A stretch of 58,635 nucleotides of DNA, filler included, from Jimgerdemannia flammicorona (lineage: Eukaryota): assembly GCA_003990765.1 (NCBI GenBank). It is 3 parts of 3 records of this genome, joined end to end, with 100 filler letters (N's around TTAATTAATTAA, not from the genome) between each part and the next. Parts side by side here need not be neighbours in the genome. Positions count along the whole stretch, not along the records: positions 1 to 19,484 come from RBNJ01001930.1; positions 19,585 to 39,067 come from RBNJ01001931.1; 1 more part is not named here. The stretch is one strand, 5' to 3'. Positions 11,961 through 24,397 of this stretch are shown one piece after another. Made by a program: the position numbers and the translations under genes. The first letter of the stretch is position 1, and each line of letters starts with the position of its first letter. The notes below the pieces were generated by a model. That model ran no database searches. It was not told the origin of the DNA and saw only the letters and a list, made by a program, of their open reading frames with translations.

Positions 11961-13479
11961 AGTGGGAGTGGTTCATAGCTATATTATTATTACCTTGTAC
12001 AATATGCCAGATCCGCTTTTCTTGCCAATGACTCACGCCAGAAATTATCGCACTCTATGATTTATATGTCGTATCAATACCAATATTTCAAAAAGCTAAC
12101 AGTTACCTATATGACGTCATATTGTATGATGTGACGTATGTGTGACGTCCTATGCATCGGGTTCATGTCAGTTGTCCAGCGCGCAAAACGGAGCGGCAAT
12201 AGTTTACATCGGTACCGCAACCCTCTTTATACCTTTGCCTTCGATAGCTCTTTTTGACAATGACTGGAATGATTGATAATGATTGATTTTGTGTTCACAT
12301 GTAAATTTTTTCTCACGGAAAATTGGGGTGTCACGAGGGTTTGTCAGCGACTAAAGTCACGTCCAAGTCCACCGAACAAGAGCTCTCTAGAAAAATGGTG
12401 CGTTCCTACAATCTAATGTGATGGTAGTTGTCGCAAACTACGTGCAAAATGACACTGGACGTCGTTCTTACATAAAATAAAATAAAATAACGCGGTGATG
12501 TTTGAACATACTCATTTGAAAAAGGATGGGCGATACGGGAGATCGGATATTTGCGGGCTCCCACGTTTCTAAATAGAACTATAATATAATCATATCACCA
12601 AGCAACATGGGAATGTGTATTTGCAGCCATCGATACCATGTGAATCAGTCCCTGCTGAAACACGTTACGCCTCACCCCTTTGTCCCATCGCCTTTCGCCG
12701 AGCATTAACTACAACTTTTGGCTTCGTTGACACCCTTGCTTTCAACGACCTTTCCTTGCATTGTCGGAGGTATTTTGCATTGTCAGAGAACCAAGTTCCT
12801 AAAATAAACGCTTTGCACAACAGGGATATATTAAGGAATAAACAAGTGTCAAGGAGTAAACAATTGGAATTAGTCGGCTCCGACCTGGGAGGCTCGATTT
12901 TGAAGTTGAATCGCTTCCGAACTGCAATGACTTGTTTCCCCCTGACTTATCGCAATGAAATACAAACGAAAACGCGAGACAACGAGTCATTCCGGTATCA
13001 CGCCTCGAACCAATGGCTCTGCGACATTATTTAATTAGCCGCCAAAAAAAAAAGACGAAACGTCATAAGTCATGCTGTTGGCCATTATTGTGTTTCTGTT
13101 CGTATCACAGACAGATGTGTAATCATCGTGGGGTGTTGGGAAGTGAACACAAAAGAATACAAATCTATTTTTTTCTCTCGGAATGTGACGTTATCACTTT
13201 CGGTGGTGAACCTAACAACCTCTGGATAAATCAGTCACTACGCCATGGCACGCTACACCTCCTCATCCACCTATCTCTGAAACACCGGTAGTGTATCAAT
13301 CTTGACCCCGTGTTCCTCATGTAGACCGCAGATTTAGAAAATGCGGCGTACGGCAAAAAGTTGGAAGGGTTGTGAAGGATGTGACTCATCCGCGACGTAA
13401 ACGCGCACCAGCGTCACCAGATCACGTAAAATCTCCTCGTGATAGCAGACTCTACTCTGGTTAGGTTATGATAAAGATA

Positions 13480-15013
13480 ATTATCTTCCGAAAGCAAAAA
13501 TGCTGTATTTGTTTATCTCGATGCTCTGCCGAATCTTATCCAAACTCCGCAGACTCGTTCATTTCTCTCCTTAACCGCCTGAAGTATTGCAAAGAGTGCT
13601 TTGAATGGGATGGGGCTTTGCATACGCTACTGGCCTTTTTCGACATAGGAACTTAAAGTCCGTCCTACCATCAAGCAGACTTTGAGGCCCAGAACTCGAA
13701 GTCTGTAGATATATATCAGTATCACTCTAGCACTGACCGAGTCCCAACGCGATACCGAGTCCCAACGCGATACGCATACTGCCTTCGACATCCAGGTTGC
13801 AGGTTTTTTTTTTTTTTTTTTTTTTTTGACAGAAGTAACGTGCACAGCATCCACCCAGAAAATAGTCAGAGCGAACAACCAGCAACATTGAATGTAAGGA
13901 ACTAAATCTTGAGTAACAAGCCACGAGGGGTTTGGCCATGACTATTCATAGTATACGATTAGGCTGGTTTCTTTTCCTTTGTTCCTCCGACGCCTTCCAA
14001 TTTTTTCTTCCCATTTCTGCTTGTTTTCGCGATGTCGTATGCGCGTAGGAATTGAATCGCGTATATACGTTTGTTTTGGTCTCTTGTGTTGGTATTATTA
14101 GAAAATGGGACAATTTACCCCCGTCAAAAAAGCGCTTCCTAAACAAGCTAGTTCGGCCGCGGCATCGAACTAGGCGGTATCTTGTGCCCCCAGCATGGAA
14201 ATAATAACTGTGAGAAATGACTCTGACCCGGTGCTTGCCACATGGCAATGGCTTGGCAACAAATATAGTAAATATAGTCCGTATTACAAGAGGCAAAAAG
14301 AAAGATAGAAAAGAGAAAATACACAGAGGTCGTAATTGAAGGAAGATTAGCGGGCGCAAATCATGCGCGGTTGGTGAGAGGTCACTTGTCAATTCCCATG
14401 CAGACACAGAACCGGAAATCCGGTCAGTGAAAGGATCACCCCAAAGCCACAGAATACGCATGATGACCCCACCAACGGCGGGCATGCTTATTCTGGAGGA
14501 TCCAATATCGTGATGGACTTTTTCGGTTGCGGGTTTCGCTCAGGGGCCTTCAGCCTCATGGCATACGTTGCAGATCCAATTGCGCAGTTTGGTCGTGCAC
14601 GCGGTATAGGCGCATATGATATTGGGATCGCCCTCCCCTCCTTGCAGATCAACCACGAGGAGCTTGCTTGATTGACTAATTGGCTAATTGGAACGGGTTG
14701 ACGTGACAAATTTATGGTGTTATATAATGTAGTCCGCACGCCATAAATTTGGGTTTACTATGTTGGCCGTAGATTGCAAGGTTATAGAATCCCGCCAGAA
14801 AATGGTTGCACAGAATTCAATCTCCGCAATCACCTTAGAACAGTCAAATCTGCGTGAGCAATTCCCCAGACAAGTATTTGATGCCAATGTATTGGCATTG
14901 ACAAAAAGAAACATAAATGTACGTTTCACATGGTCACCAGCCAACAATGGAATACGGGACGAATGCGGTCGCAACTCTTCCAGCCCATTTTGCATCGCCG
15001 CGGGTCGTTGCAT
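13480..15013 (-). pseudogene. Probable degenerate F-box/LRR (RNI-like) gene
   Basis: Consecutive broken minus-strand ORFs: SRIPLLAGDHVKRTFMFLF (F-box-like start), VNPNLWR/TTLYNTINL across a frameshift, MRILWLWGDPFTD and LRVLGLKV (LRR-like). Recognition is by pattern only. Confidence 0.35.
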
Positions 15014-17010
15014 GTTTAAATAACCACTGCTCTCTCGTAAGGGTAGCGTTCTCTGGTATGTTAGAGTTTGATTAGTTTGATTAGGTATTCATGCATTATG
15101 TATGCCACAGACAGTACCTGCAGGATTCGCTGACAGTCATGTACTAAAATTGCGTAACTTTAATGATGCCACACAGTTGATCCCTTCCTCAATTCGAAGG
15201 ATATGACTATCAACAATCCGGGGTTGAGCATACTAAGCCACGTAAGGCAGTTACAAGCTTTATTTTTGATCCCTTATTAGAAAATCTGGCAGTCCAGCGT
15301 AGCGAGCGTCCTCGCATTTGGGGCGCAATTTCGGGTGAATATTTGACATTTGACATTTGATATGCAAGCACGAATGAGACACAGAACGCTCAATGGGGCA
15401 CTATCACAGAATGACTTCGTTTCCCGCCGTTCGGGCGGCTGCGCAACGTACTTCTGTACCCGGAACATTACAATCGAGACCGCCGATATGAGCTTGACAC
15501 GCCGTTTGCATGGCGGCAGAATCAACACATGTGTAGCTCCTCATTTCGATACATCGGATAGAAGCATATATGACGAGTGGCCGAGCTGCCTGCCTAACAA
15601 CTGATATGGAAAAACGTGTGCCTCCCTGACAATCACGCATTATACCTAATCGCGGCCAAGTCAAATCGACCTGGAACCCTTTATCTCGGAGTACACGCGG
15701 AGACCGGTAGGTAATTGCGCTCGAGCGGACAAATTGTGTCACCTAGTCTTCTGCTTCCTATAACCCCGACGTAACGCGTGGAGCCTGACAATAGAAACCC
15801 ATACCAATCAGAAACAACGTGCGCAGTTTTTTTTTTTTTTTTTTTTTTTTTTTTGGCACCTTTGGGCTTCGCACACCAGGTACTCAATAAAAGGGGGAGG
15901 GGGCGATTTTTTTTTCTCCACCACACACGCTGCTCGAGCAATGACCAAATAAGTCGACAAATGATCGAGCTTCCATTTTTGATAATCCGAAAGTGCAGCT
16001 CTATTGGGATGGAATGCACAAAAGGAGAAGTGCACAGGGATGGGGTTTACACCCATTTTAAAGTACAACGCTGGTACTAGCAAAAATAACGTTTTGGTTG
16101 GTAAAAAAAAAAGAACAGCAAGCCACAGCGTGCATTTTAAATAAGTATCTAATTTTGTCATAGAAATGTACCGATTGATTTCCGCCTTCAGCACTGCAAC
16201 ACGCTGGTGCACACACTCAGTTTTTTGAGCTTGAACCGGTGACTGCGGCTTCAAAGGTTTTGTTCAACTCCGCAGAATAGCTTTTCAATGGCATGTGCAT
16301 GTGATATCATTTCTTTATTTTATTTTATTTTTGTGTGAATTTACATTAGGTTTTTATTTTTTGATATTGATATTTATACATGCATATATATAAAGAGTTC
16401 TGTTGGAATACTACGATAGTTTTCACGTGATCGTCTCTCGATCGGCGTGGGTGATCGTCAGGTGCCCGGATGCGCTGTGGAACATCATGGGCGTAGTCTA
16501 TCGCAACGTTTTGTGTAACAACGGAGGTGACACACCCTAGGTCTTGACCTATGCACGCCGTCATTTCGGGCCATTTGTAGCAGATGCCACTGTTCCATAT
16601 CTCGCATCTCTATACTTGACCCGCAATTGCACGGGTATTTTAACCTCAAAAAAATGATTGTTTACGGTCACACGGGGGGGTGGGGGGGGGGGACGGCGAC
16701 AAGAAACCGGGCAACTTTATGTGCATTCAATTGGCACGCGTGACTTCGCGATCCAGAAAGTTGCTGTTGCGAAGCGAACAGGGCGTAGTGGCCAACGTTT
16801 TGGTGCTACGAAGCATACCAAGCCTCCCATTTCACGGGTGAAGTTTCCAAAATGCATCGCACGGCTTTTTGTAGGTTAGTCGGAATTTTTATTTTACGAG
16901 CATCTATATAAAAAGCAGGGCAGTTCGCTTCAATCCCATTTTTTTTAACTATTGTATAGAACGCATATTGCAATAGAACTCTCTCGCTCATTAATTATTC
17001 TTGGTTATCA

Positions 17011-17393
17011 ATGGTACAAGTGAGCATCATTTTTTTTTTATTTTTTTTTTTAAGAAATGTTTGGCCTATTCCACTGGATGGTCGTACTGACACCAGGTTT
17101 TGTTTTAGAAAAACGGCAGCGACGAGGCGACATACCTTAGCATCGAAGAGATGCTTACCGCGCGCCGGGACAACGACTTCGGGGTTGTTCGAAATTATGT
17201 GCTGTCCGAGCAATTTTCGACATTGGCGGGGGATGTTGATCCTGACAGCATGCGCCTCTTTGAAGCCGAGCTTGCCCTCGACCTTCAGAGGCAGGCAATC
17301 AATAACGCTGCCGAGAGAATGGTGGGCGTGCGCATCCTCATGGTGCCCGGGCGGATTGTAGTGGTGTTAGTATTTGCTTTCCCCGTCGTTTAG
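17011..17393 (+). CDS. Small two-exon orphan gene, family I copy C, 97 aa; exons 17011-17019 and 17109-17393; homology continues past the stop to 17414
   Basis: TATATAAA at 16905; MVQ, then an 89-nt phase-0 intron GTGAGC...TTTTAG; exon 2 is in frame with ORF 17151-17393; shared C-terminal domain. Confidence 0.75.
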
Positions 17394-17788
17394 ATCTACA
17401 TTGGGCGCGATTAGACTTGCCCATCAGACTTCGTTTTCGGCAAGAGCCGAGTTGTCGTTCTTAATAACATCAATAACTATATGAATTTGTTTTACTATGT
17501 ATATACCCCTATGCTCTATGAATAAAAAATTTCCGCTTCATGGCCTCGGCTCTCGTGTTATGTGATTCATAAAAACTACTCGCGAGACAGCGTTGAACTG
17601 CACAGCCCGATCATGTAACCGAAAATTGTTGGGGTACGGGAAATCAGGTGTGGTAACCAGGACGAAAGCAAAGTCAAGAAGGACAAGGAGTAGGCGCTAG
17701 TGTGGGAGAGACGAGGAGGACGAGAAATGTTGCCGCGATCGTCTCTAATTGCGGAAGCGAGGATGAAACAGAGCCCGGGGGGGGGGGA

Positions 17789-17892
17789 TAAGGAATAATG
17801 GCGTTTTGGCGCGCAAGGTAAGGGACAATGGCGCTTTGACGCGCAAGGAGGTGCTTTGAAGCGCAAGGTAAGGAATAATGGCGCAAGGTGGG
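17789..17892. repeat. Degenerate ~30-bp tandem repeat (aagg.a.aatggcg...gcgcaagg)
   Basis: gcgcaagg occurs four times and aatggcg three times within about 100 bp. Confidence 0.75.
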
Positions 17893-19098
17893 GAATGCCG
17901 TAGGACATCCCCCCCGCGTCGATCGATCACTTGCAGATTGTTTCCTGCAGTGCAACCAAAACGTCAGTGAATCTGTAGAACATGAATTGCATTGGGAACC
18001 CCAATTTGCGGGCGCAAGCAGAATATGACATAATCGGACACGGCCCATCATCTGCCCAGGGCCCATTCACCCCACGGGTCCTATGTTTTTGCAGTGGTGT
18101 TGAGACACAATGTGGCACAAAACCAATTTAACGATCGACAAGATGTTTATTGAAGAAACAAATTTGGGGTCGCTGTCGCAATTAACTGGGATGGTGTAAG
18201 TTAATTCCGAGGGTTCGGTGAATTTTGTTCTAACCGTCGCTGTTTCCCGATTTTCCCCGTTTGGGTTTCTTTCCGTTTCCCCTTTTAAAGTTCCCACGAT
18301 CCGCCGCGGGACCCAGAAATCTGGTGAGGGGGGGATGCTTCGTCGTCATCTAATTAACATCCGAAATAAGGTTGCGGCACCCTTGAGACCCTTTGCGCTT
18401 TATCGCAGGAAAGTTGATCGGTTCCGCACAAGTACGGTGCGGGACGCGATTAGGCGAGGCACATGTGTCGGCGGCCGAAAAGAAGATCATTACACGTGAA
18501 TAGAGGACGCGCCTAGGTGGCGTAATCATGTCGCGTTTTGCGGCTCCGCTTCGGTGATTTTCGGATCATGCGGATAGGAAAAGGAGGCGGACCCGGATAG
18601 TTTTTTCCATACTTAAAACCTAATGTCCGAAGGCATCCGTCCCTACGTGCCGCGGAGCCTCAGGACCCAAAGTTTATGTTTATCCCGAGGGAGCCCGGAT
18701 GCCGACATTGTCGAAGGATAGTTGCGCCTAGTTTGAAGCTCAATGTATTCGCCACGGTTTCGTGCGTAAACAAGGTCACTCGCCTCGCGAGCACTTTCAT
18801 TTGCTTTGTAGCATCTTTGTTGATCATTGAAACCTACCAGAGCATTCTTTCTTTCTTTCCGGTCTTCTTGATGCTTTCGTGCTTACGTTGCCGACATGCG
18901 CGCTATTTCGGCGCGGATTTGTTTGCTCGCGGTTAATTGAACGTAGAATGGAAACGGGTTTTAAGAATCGACACGTGGTTCGAAATGAAAAACAAAGAAG
19001 TCACAGGATGTCGAATGTCGGATGTCGAATTAATGTCGGATGTCGATGCCCTTGCATAAAGATAACGGTGCTTCTTTTTTTCTCTTTGCATATTTATA

Positions 19099-19133
<35 letters not shown>

Positions 19134-19300
19134 CCCTTACGAGAAATAGGAATTACCCAAAAATTATTGATATTTCCCTTGATTCCCACGCCCACGGAAA
19201 TCTTTAGTAAAAGGCGAAAGATTTGTCCGACATGAACGCAGGAAAGGAAAGATACAGCAGTAGGACGCGGACTGCAGGGCCCGTGGTAGAGTTGGGACGA

Positions 19301-19372
19301 ACTGCTTCCAATGCCAAGTGAGAAATTTGGACTGCTTCCAATGCCAAGTGGGAAATTTGGACTGCTTCGATG
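19301..19372. repeat. 30-bp tandem repeat, about 2.3 copies
   Basis: actgcttccaatgccaagtg(a/g)gaaatttgg x2 followed by actgcttc. Confidence 0.85.
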
Positions 19373-19484
19373 CGATTGATGATTGATGGGATGAATGGTA
19401 TTTCATACGTCATGTGCAACGTTGCTACGCCCAACTCTTTTCTCGCCCACCCTGGATATCCCCCACCGCACCAGCACGTCCGAT

Positions 19485-19584
19485 NNNNNNNNNNNNNNNN
19501 NNNNNNNNNNNNNNNNNNNNNNNNNNNNTTAATTAATTAANNNNNNNNNNNNNNNNNNNNNNNNNNNNNNNNNNNNNNNNNNNN
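19485..19584. other. Assembly gap: 100-nt N spacer containing an artificial TTAATTAATTAA stop linker
   Basis: 44 N + TTAATTAATTAA + 44 N, identical to the second gap. Confidence 0.97.
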
Positions 19585-19820
19585 ACCTCCCCTTCCTCCG
19601 CCGCTGGGGCCCCGGCTAGCCATCGAGGCCCCTGGCATCCCCAAACCATCTCCCCTCCTCCCCACCTGCTGCCAGCCAAAGGCACCGCCACCCCCCTGGC
19701 CAGTACGCTCACCAGATCGATCGTTGCCATCCATGTTGTTAGTCGCTGGACACCAAAAACATTGTAGAAAGTGTTGTCTGAGTCTTGTGTAACCTGAATG
19801 TTACCGACTATAGAGTCTAT
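19585..19820 (-). mobile_element. 5' end (UTR and ORF1 start) of an L1/Tx1-like LINE, cut by the gap; retains CpG
   Basis: Matches the 5' ends at 30220 and 48708 (tgtgtaacct(g/a)aat.gta; ATGGCAAC start; gtactggccaggg). Confidence 0.7.
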
Positions 19821-19829
19821 ACTCACTGT

Positions 19830-20570
19830 ATAACAGAGTTGAGCTCATGAATTAACTAGATCTTATCTATAGAATACTGAGGTGAGGATGTCTGGAGTCC
19901 TCTGGAGACAATTTGGTACTTATGGACTGATCATTGGAGTCTACTGAGTTGTGGGAGGTTTGGGGGAAATGAGGAGAGATATTGTCATTAGTTCTTAAAT
20001 GCCTTATTGCTGAGAGTATACTCAATGTGAAATATATAGGTAGTGGACATAAGTTTAAGAATTCTTAGCTAGAGGACAAGGGGGCCAGAGATTGGAGACT
20101 AATGGCAGTATTTCAAATCAGATACTCAAAGGTTCTAAGAGAAGATAGAAAAGGTGAGAGATAATAAGAGACAAAATCAATTAAGATAGGTCTCTCAGAA
20201 ATTGGAGAAGCTGCTGAGGACCTAGACTGATTTACTGGATGATAGAGAGGAGGGGGATTAGAGAGTTCAGTGGATCCAGCTCAAGGTGAAGGAGCTGAAA
20301 AGGATGCTAAGGTAGGAGGAAGATCTATAGTTAAAGAGTATGACAGTTTAGTTGAGGTGATAGGATATAGAAAAGAGGGAGTGATCTATGAAGTTTCTGT
20401 TGAGACTTCTTCAGGTGAAGAGAGTGAGATAAAATTAGGAGAGAATATTAGATAAGATAGAAGAGATGGTGGTTAGAACCTCAGAGATCTTGAACTAGTT
20501 GAGCTTGAGGTAGAAGCATTTGTGAAGTGAGGAGAAAGGTAGAGAAGATATCCTAAACATTAAATGGCAT
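19830..20570. mobile_element. Unclassified, heavily mutated CpG-free repeat relic
   Basis: CpG-free, rich in stop codons, lying between two LINE pieces; no domain recognised. Confidence 0.35.
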
Positions 20571-22988
20571 CTAGAGAATTGATATCCAGATCCAGTAGAG
20601 GGTGTTGGAGACCTTGAAGTACCTGTCTAAGATGGGGAGATAAGTAGGATTTTGACAACAACTAGTCTTAGAATAGCTCCTGAGGCAGATGATTTATTTT
20701 GGAATTTCTAAAAAAGATGGCAGATATAGAATTGGCTTTGGAGGAGGTGGCATAGATCTGTAATAGAGTTATTAGATCAGGAGAGTAAATTGAGAGACAG
20801 TAACTAGGACCAGTAGCTCTGTTATATAAGTACAAAAGATGAGAGGAGTGGAAGAACTGGAGCTGTTTATGTTTTTGTATATAGATTATAAGCTGATTAT
20901 AAAGATATTTGTGGCTAGGCTACAAGAGATGACTTAGCAAATACTAGGAGCTGAACAGAGGGACTTTGTTGGAGGTTACTTGATAAGAGATAAGATAGCC
21001 TAAGTGTATAGAGTTATTGAAGGAGTACAAACTACAGAGGTCAATGATTGACTGATTTTTCTGGACCAGAAGAAGGTATATAATAGAGTCTAGTAAGTAT
21101 AGCTGGCAGAAGTACTGAAGTATATAGGAGTTCTTCCAGAGTTCAGACAATCATTGGTCAGGCTATTGGAGAGCAGTTGGATAGTAATATTGATAAATGG
21201 ATATAGGGGGATTTCATTTCTCCTGGGCAGAGAAGTATTACTTTATACTCTCTCTCTGGAGCCTCTGTTGGACAGAATCAGATATAAGGTGGGGGGGTTA
21301 AACATTCTAAAAGTAAATTGGAAGGTGGGAGTCTTTACTGATAATATAGTAGTTGGGCCAGACTCTATAGAAGACATGGCTACACTGAAGGAGGCCATAG
21401 AATGATATGAGGAGTACTCTAGTACTAAGCTAAACTGGCACAAGTGTGAGGCCCTGGTGTTAAAAGAAGGAATAGTAGCAGAAGATATGATTAGAGCAGT
21501 TGTTTTAGCAGGAGAGATAGTCCATTACCTGAGAATCAATTTCTCAGTATATGGATCACTGCTGTCTCAAGAATGGTAGAAGCAATAGTTAGTTGAGTGG
21601 AGAAATACTCTTTTGGGATGAGGTGGCTGATACATCTCTCTAGCTAGAAGTGAGATAGTGCTGAATATTTACTAGCTGTCCAAGTTTTGGTATCTGGAGT
21701 ACAACTTGAATTTCCTGGTATTAGTGGTTAAGAGGCTGTTGAAGATGGCCAAGTTCTAGATATGGATAGGATGGAGGAATCAGATTGGCTGGGAGGTGAT
21801 AACATTCTCAGTAGACTAGGGGGGACTAAATCTGATAGACTTTACTAAGCATCTATATTGCTTGAGAGTATGGTGGTTGAAGTAAGATAATAAGTTAAGG
21901 GGCTATAAGTGGATATACCTTATATAGAGAGTATAGGAGGTATAGTTCTCTCCCTATAGTATATCTGGTGATTTGATTTCCCTAGTAACACTGGAGGGGA
22001 GCTAGAAGATATACTTTAAGTGATTCTGATAGAGAGTATTTGATGGCATATATTGAATTGATATCAGATAGCAGAACAATGAAAGAGAGATTGACTAGGG
22101 ATACAGAATGTAGAGGTGGGACTGTCTTCTATTAGAGAGTATACCAGTAGATGACTTCAGCTTAGAGGATAGTATGGAGTATCTTTAGGAGTAAGAGTAA
22201 GATCTGTAGTCTGAAGTATAGCAAGAAGTGGGAATCAGTAAGAAGTGAGACTGAAATGGGGTTTGATCATAGAGCAAGTAAGTGGTACAGTAGATCTCCC
22301 CTAAGTTCTGGGTAGTATCATGGAGGCTTTTGTGGTAAAATATGGTATTGAACTATCTATCAGAACATTTGGTAGATATGTAGAAAAGTATTGGAGTATA
22401 AGGAATATCTAAATATTGAATAGGAGGGTGGGATAGTATAGACTTCTGAGTATTAGTTGGAGGAGTGTGAGGTGATGAGAGACTTTTTGAGGGTAATTAA
22501 GAGTCTTTTGAAGATCTATATACCAGGGCATATAATGAGGAGAGATGGGGTAATCTTAAGAGAAGGCTGGTGGAAGGGGTTGGTAATGAGTGGTTAATTA
22601 TTAAGTAGGCACTAGCTATTTGAGCTGAGCTTACTAGTTATTGGCTATATATATTTAAGGATAGACAGAAGTTGGTACTTAGATTATAAGTTATAAGGTA
22701 GAAGTAGCTGATGTTGGACCTATTGAATGGCTGGTAGAAGTGGTGGGGATCTGGAGAGAGGCCCTATAGAAGGTTGGTAGAGAAAATTTGCAGACAGAGT
22801 GGAGGAAGGATTAGATAGCTGAGGGAATAGTGGCTTTCCAGAGAGATAGAGAGAGAGAGAGAGGAGGAGGGAGGGAAGCCCCTTGTGGAATTAGATGAGA
22901 GGTGGGTTTGTATTAGTATAACATAGATTAGATGGTAATAAAGTAGAGGTTTGAGTAACTATAAAAAAAAAAAAAAAAAAAAAAAAAA
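20570..22988 (+). mobile_element. 5'-truncated, heavily mutated L1/Tx1-like LINE (RT to poly-A)
   Basis: FLDQKKVYNRV, LYTLSLEPLLDRIR, VGVFTDNIVVG (degenerate FADD), LNIY*LSKFWY; AATAAA followed by a poly-A tail ending at 22988. The left boundary is approximate. Confidence 0.88.
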
Positions 22989-23550
22989 GTCTTAGTATTG
23001 AAGATTTAGTATAACAGCTTATCAATCCTAGATAAGGCATATCAGTTCTTGATAGTAATATTGTTGAGAGCCCTATAGTTAATATATATTTGCAGAGAGC
23101 TATTCTTCTTTTTAATAAATAAAATAGAAGCTCTAAATAGAGAACTAATAAATTTAATATATCTTTAGATCAATAGTTTAGTCAACTTATTCTTAAAGAT
23201 CTTGAGTTTAGGTTAAGTCAGCTGGTAGATACTCTTATATAGAGGTTCATATTCTGGGATAAGATCAATTCTATATTAGATTTGATACTTGGGTGAAAGT
23301 TCTTTAAATTCCTAAAATATCTCTTAGAATTCCTCAAATAGTTTTTATATTTCTGATAGTACTGAGTTGCTCAGGGCCTCTGAAATATTTTGTATAGTAT
23401 AAATGAAGTATGTGTTCACCTTTTTGCAGAAGAGTCTCTTCATCTAAATGATAGAGATGATCTTGATTCCTTGTTAGTTATTACTCTTTTAGAGTATCAG
23501 AGTGATCTTTCTGTCTTTATAAGTCTGATTAATCTCATTGATTGAGTCAA
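22989..23550 (-). mobile_element. Ty3/Gypsy reverse-transcriptase fragment, heavily mutated
   Basis: Minus-strand SSLFRASILFIKKKNSSLQIYINYRALNNITIKN*YALSRIDKLL is a mutated form of [40 protein letters not shown]. Confidence 0.85.
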
Positions 23551-24397
23551 ATATGATTATGCAATCTACCAAATAGATATTAAGACAGCCTTTTTGAATA
23601 GCAATATAGATACAGAGCTATATTTTTATCAAACATAAGAAATAAACTATAAATAATAGAAATGAGCTTATATGTAAATTATATAAATATCTTTATGATA
23701 TCAAATAAGCAGTAAGACAGAGAAACTGAAAAATAAACAAATATCTCTTAGACAATAGATTTAAGTATTATGAGATCAATTTATATATATATATACATCC
23801 ATATACATCCTCAGGAATAGTATACCTAAGAAATTAGAAGATAATATTATTCTAGTTAGAATGATAATTGAGATTAATAATATGAAGATAATACTATGCT
23901 AAGAATTCAAGATGACAAATATTGGTAATATATTCCATCTTCTTGGAATATCAATTATATGTGACAAATATGAATGTGCTATATATCTATCACAAGTTAA
24001 TATATTTGGACTCAACTCAAATATTTTGATATAAGTAAATGCAAATCTGTTAGAACATCTATAGAGACATCTGTAAGGCTAAGGAAGACTGATACTTTAT
24101 CTGAAGATAATGACATCCCCTATCAGTAAGTTATTGGATCTTGCATTTATCTCAGAGATCTGATATATTATATATAGTCAACAAAGTGACATAGTAGTTA
24201 TCTTACTATGACAATTCACATTGGATATAATCAAGTGTATTTTTAGATATATTAAAGATATAGCTCATTATATACTCAACTTAGAAGATAGCAATGATAA
24301 GAGATAAAGCAGAAGCAGTATGATAAGATTATCTAGTATATATGATATAAACTGGGCCAGAGAGCTCAACAATTAGTGCTCTATAATTGGGTACTTC
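23551..24397 (+). mobile_element. Ty1/Copia relic, RT part (left half, split by a LINE)
   Basis: QIDIKTAFLNSNIDTELYFYQ, CKLYKYLYDIK*A, EFKMTNIG, PYQ*VIGS, and NWARELNN (from DWAGD.DD) just before the LINE insertion. Confidence 0.85.

Noticed and set aside
16288..16540. Possible additional tiny plus-strand gene (LEYYDSFHVIVSRSAW...)
   Set aside because: Needs an unusual GAG acceptor and shows no similarity to either small-gene type.
19529..19540. TTAATTAATTAA palindrome between N runs (also 39112-39123)
   Set aside because: Artificial six-frame stop linker from scaffolding, not biology. Adjacency across the gaps is also not guaranteed.
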